Position numbers and translations under genes: made by a program
Origin: an uncultured Chloroflexia bacterium
Lineage (GTDB): Bacteria; Chloroflexota; UBA6077; JACCZL01
Direction of reading: 5' to 3'
Assembly (NCBI GenBank): GCA_963765765.1
Contig: CAVXYC010000023.1
Coordinates: forward strand, 352,001-416,000
DNA: 64,000 nucleotides
Notes under the pieces: model-generated
What the model saw: only the letters and a program-made list of their open reading frames with translations
Databases searched by the model: none
What the model was told of the DNA's origin: nothing
In this document: positions 62,068 through 64,000 of the stretch, piece after piece
Position numbering within the stretch: the first letter of the stretch is position 1
How the letters are laid out: each line of letters begins with the position of its first letter

Positions 62068-63216
62068 TTACGTTGGACAGGCTACGGTGTAAGTCCAGGC
62101 GGTGCCTGTGGGTCCGGTGACCCGAACCGTGATGCTGGTTGATGTGCCTGGTCCGTACGTGATCGAATGTGTCGCCGCGCCAGAGACATTGCCCGTATCC
62201 AACAATACGTGGCCCTCGTAGATCACTTCGAATCGATCGGGAATTCCGAAGGCGTCGCGGATGAACTGGAACGTGCCGCTCGTTCGACCCAGCGCGTGCA
62301 CCGTCGTAGTGACGCCTTCGCCGCCGCTATTTGTCGCGTTGTTACAGGGCACGGGAGTGCCCGTTCCTGCGCCTGGCGTGGGTGACGCCGCCGTCGAGGA
62401 GGTGGGTGTCCCCGTGGCGGAGGGCGTAGGGGTGCCCGGTGTTGTTGTGGACGTTGGAAGACTATCGTCGTCCTTCTTCTGCTTGTCGATATCCGAGCGC
62501 GTCTCGTTGACCCGCCCGGCCTGGACCTGGCCAGCAGGCCGACCTCGCGTGTCGCCCTGACGGGCCTGCTCAGCGGTGGTGAATCCTTCGAGGAGCGCGT
62601 TCCATGGCCCGGCGTCGAGCGCCGCCCGGAAGTAGTTGCAGCCGCGATCTCGAACGGGGACCTCGAACCAGACACCCATGCCCGACATCAGCGTGCAATT
62701 TTCGACGGTGATTGGCTGTGTCGACTCCACATTGATGAAGATCGAGAGGCCCTCCTGGGGGCCATATACCGCCAACTGGCTGCCGCGCACCAGGGCCACG
62801 GCCCCGCCAGATTCCACGCGGTAGGCCGAGCCGGAGTCCGCGAACGTCTGCATGTGGCTCACCGAGATCCCGAATACCTGACGGAGAGACACATCGATGC
62901 GCTCGCCCTGGCGACTGACCCGCTCGACCACCAGAATGGTCTGGTCCCCGAGCTCGATCTCCGTGCCGGTGAAGAACGTGATCACTGCGCCCGATGCAGA
63001 CAGGGTGCGAATCTCATCACCAGGAGACACGGTCGTTCCTGATGGGGCCGGCTGGATGGCCGAACCATCCGTCCGAATGACCGCCACGCTTCCACGCAAG
63101 ACGGTCATGGTAGCCCCCTCCCCGACTTGCGCCAAAGAAGGCGGCCCCACCGGGATCAGCAGGGTCAACAGCCCCAGCACAGCGAGGCTTCGGACCACAA
63201 GCACACTCAAACGCAT
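62068..63216 (-). CDS. Exported FecR-domain protein with Pro/Thr linker and C-terminal beta domain
   Basis: Signal peptide, GDEIRT..A.ITF..GT, AVALVRGS; IPDRFEVIYEG..DTG. Confidence 0.7.
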   Translation of the reverse strand: MRLSVLVVRSLAVLGLLTLLIPVGPPSLAQVGEGATMTVLRGSVAVIRTDGSAIQPAPSGTTVSPGDEIRTLSASGAVITFFTGTEIELGDQTILVVERVSRQGERIDVSLRQVFGISVSHMQTFADSGSAYRVESGGAVALVRGSQLAVYGPQEGLSIFINVESTQPITVENCTLMSGMGVWFEVPVRDRGCNYFRAALDAGPWNALLEGFTTAEQARQGDTRGRPAGQVQAGRVNETRSDIDKQKKDDDSLPTSTTTPGTPTPSATGTPTSSTAASPTPGAGTGTPVPCNNATNSGGEGVTTTVHALGRTSGTFQFIRDAFGIPDRFEVIYEGHVLLDTGNVSGAATHSITYGPGTSTSITVRVTGPTGTAWTYTVACPT

Positions 63217-63457
63217 CGTTCAGGACCTCTCTGGGATTGCGCCAGTATACGCATCGACATTTTCAGGATCAATATGATCGTGAGATTCCCAAGGGCAACG
63301 CCCTCTAGTGCACAAAAAGACACGGTTGGCGGGCAGTGCCCGGCGCCGACCTGAGACGCCAAGGACACCTTTCAATAGCTCCAACGGTGACGTCCGAATG
63401 CTCCTTCCGTTGACGCTGCCGGGCTGGGATTTCTAGACTTCGGTCGGGAGACCTGCC

Positions 63458-64000
63458 ATGCCGTTGCGCGCTATAACGTTCGATCTCTGGGGAACGATCA
63501 TCCATGATGAGGACCCTCCAGAGAAGGTCGCGAAACGTCGGGCAATTATCCTGGGCGCTCTGGCCGATGCAGGTCACCCATTTGAGCTCGAGGAATATCG
63601 GGCGGGCATTCGCGCCGCCAACCGCATCGCCAAGGAGCGGATCGAGCGCGAGCGAGTGGACATCGGGCCTGAGCAGCGCTGGAACCTCGTGACCCGCGAG
63701 CTGGGCATCCCGGACGGGAAAGTTCCCTTCGAGCGGATCGCTCCGGCGTACGTGGACGTGACCGTGGAGTTCCTCCCACCGTTGCTGCCGGCAATTAGAG
63801 ACACGCTTGCGGAGCTTCAGGGCAAGGTGAAGATCGGCTTGATCTGCAACACCGGGTTCACCGGTGGAGAGCCCCTACGCCAGGTCCTCAACATCCACGG
63901 CATCTCACGTTATTTCGACGTGCTGACCTTCTCTAATGAGTTCGGCTACTTGAAGCCGGATCCACGGATTTTCGAGCACACACTAGAGCGACTCGGCGTT
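63458..64000 (+). CDS. HAD-superfamily hydrolase, truncated by window end
   Basis: ITFDLWGTI, ICNTG, FSNEFGYLKPDPRIF; open to end of window. Confidence 0.88.
   Translation, partial: MPLRAITFDLWGTIIHDEDPPEKVAKRRAIILGALADAGHPFELEEYRAGIRAANRIAKERIERERVDIGPEQRWNLVTRELGIPDGKVPFERIAPAYVDVTVEFLPPLLPAIRDTLAELQGKVKIGLICNTGFTGGEPLRQVLNIHGISRYFDVLTFSNEFGYLKPDPRIFEHTLERLGV

Noticed and set aside
1-64000. CRISPR array or rRNA
   Set aside because: No regularly spaced repeat-spacer array or rRNA-like sequence seen

Overview
GC-rich bacterial chromosomal window, probably Chloroflexota-like (inferred from gene content: PAC2 protein, CvpA-CAP fusion, YfhO, TPSPT-repeat exported proteins, many catabolic paralogs). 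Roughly twenty genes, including housekeeping aroA, carry single-base frameshifts, mostly in homopolymers, which most likely reflects long-read assembly error. Content: aroA, a peptide-type ABC transporter, glycosyltransferases, a DrrAB-like exporter, catabolic oxidoreductase clusters, a glcD-E-F-E-F operon, a PAS kinase, two TA loci, ferredoxin, rpsU and several REP-like repeats. The standout is a ~3.2 kb island (22385-25582) bounded by parS-containing direct repeats. It carries an IS1595-family transposase and an unannotated 104-nt tRNA-like gene with a tRNA-Leu-type body, a 32-nt variable arm and a Pro (UGG) anticodon. That RNA is transcribed from one of two mirror-image promoters; the other drives a winged-helix-like protein. 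A second candidate system is a translationally coupled AbrB-MazF(R>W)-small protein-zinc-hook ABC ATPase operon followed by DUF488. All family calls are by motif recognition, not database searches.
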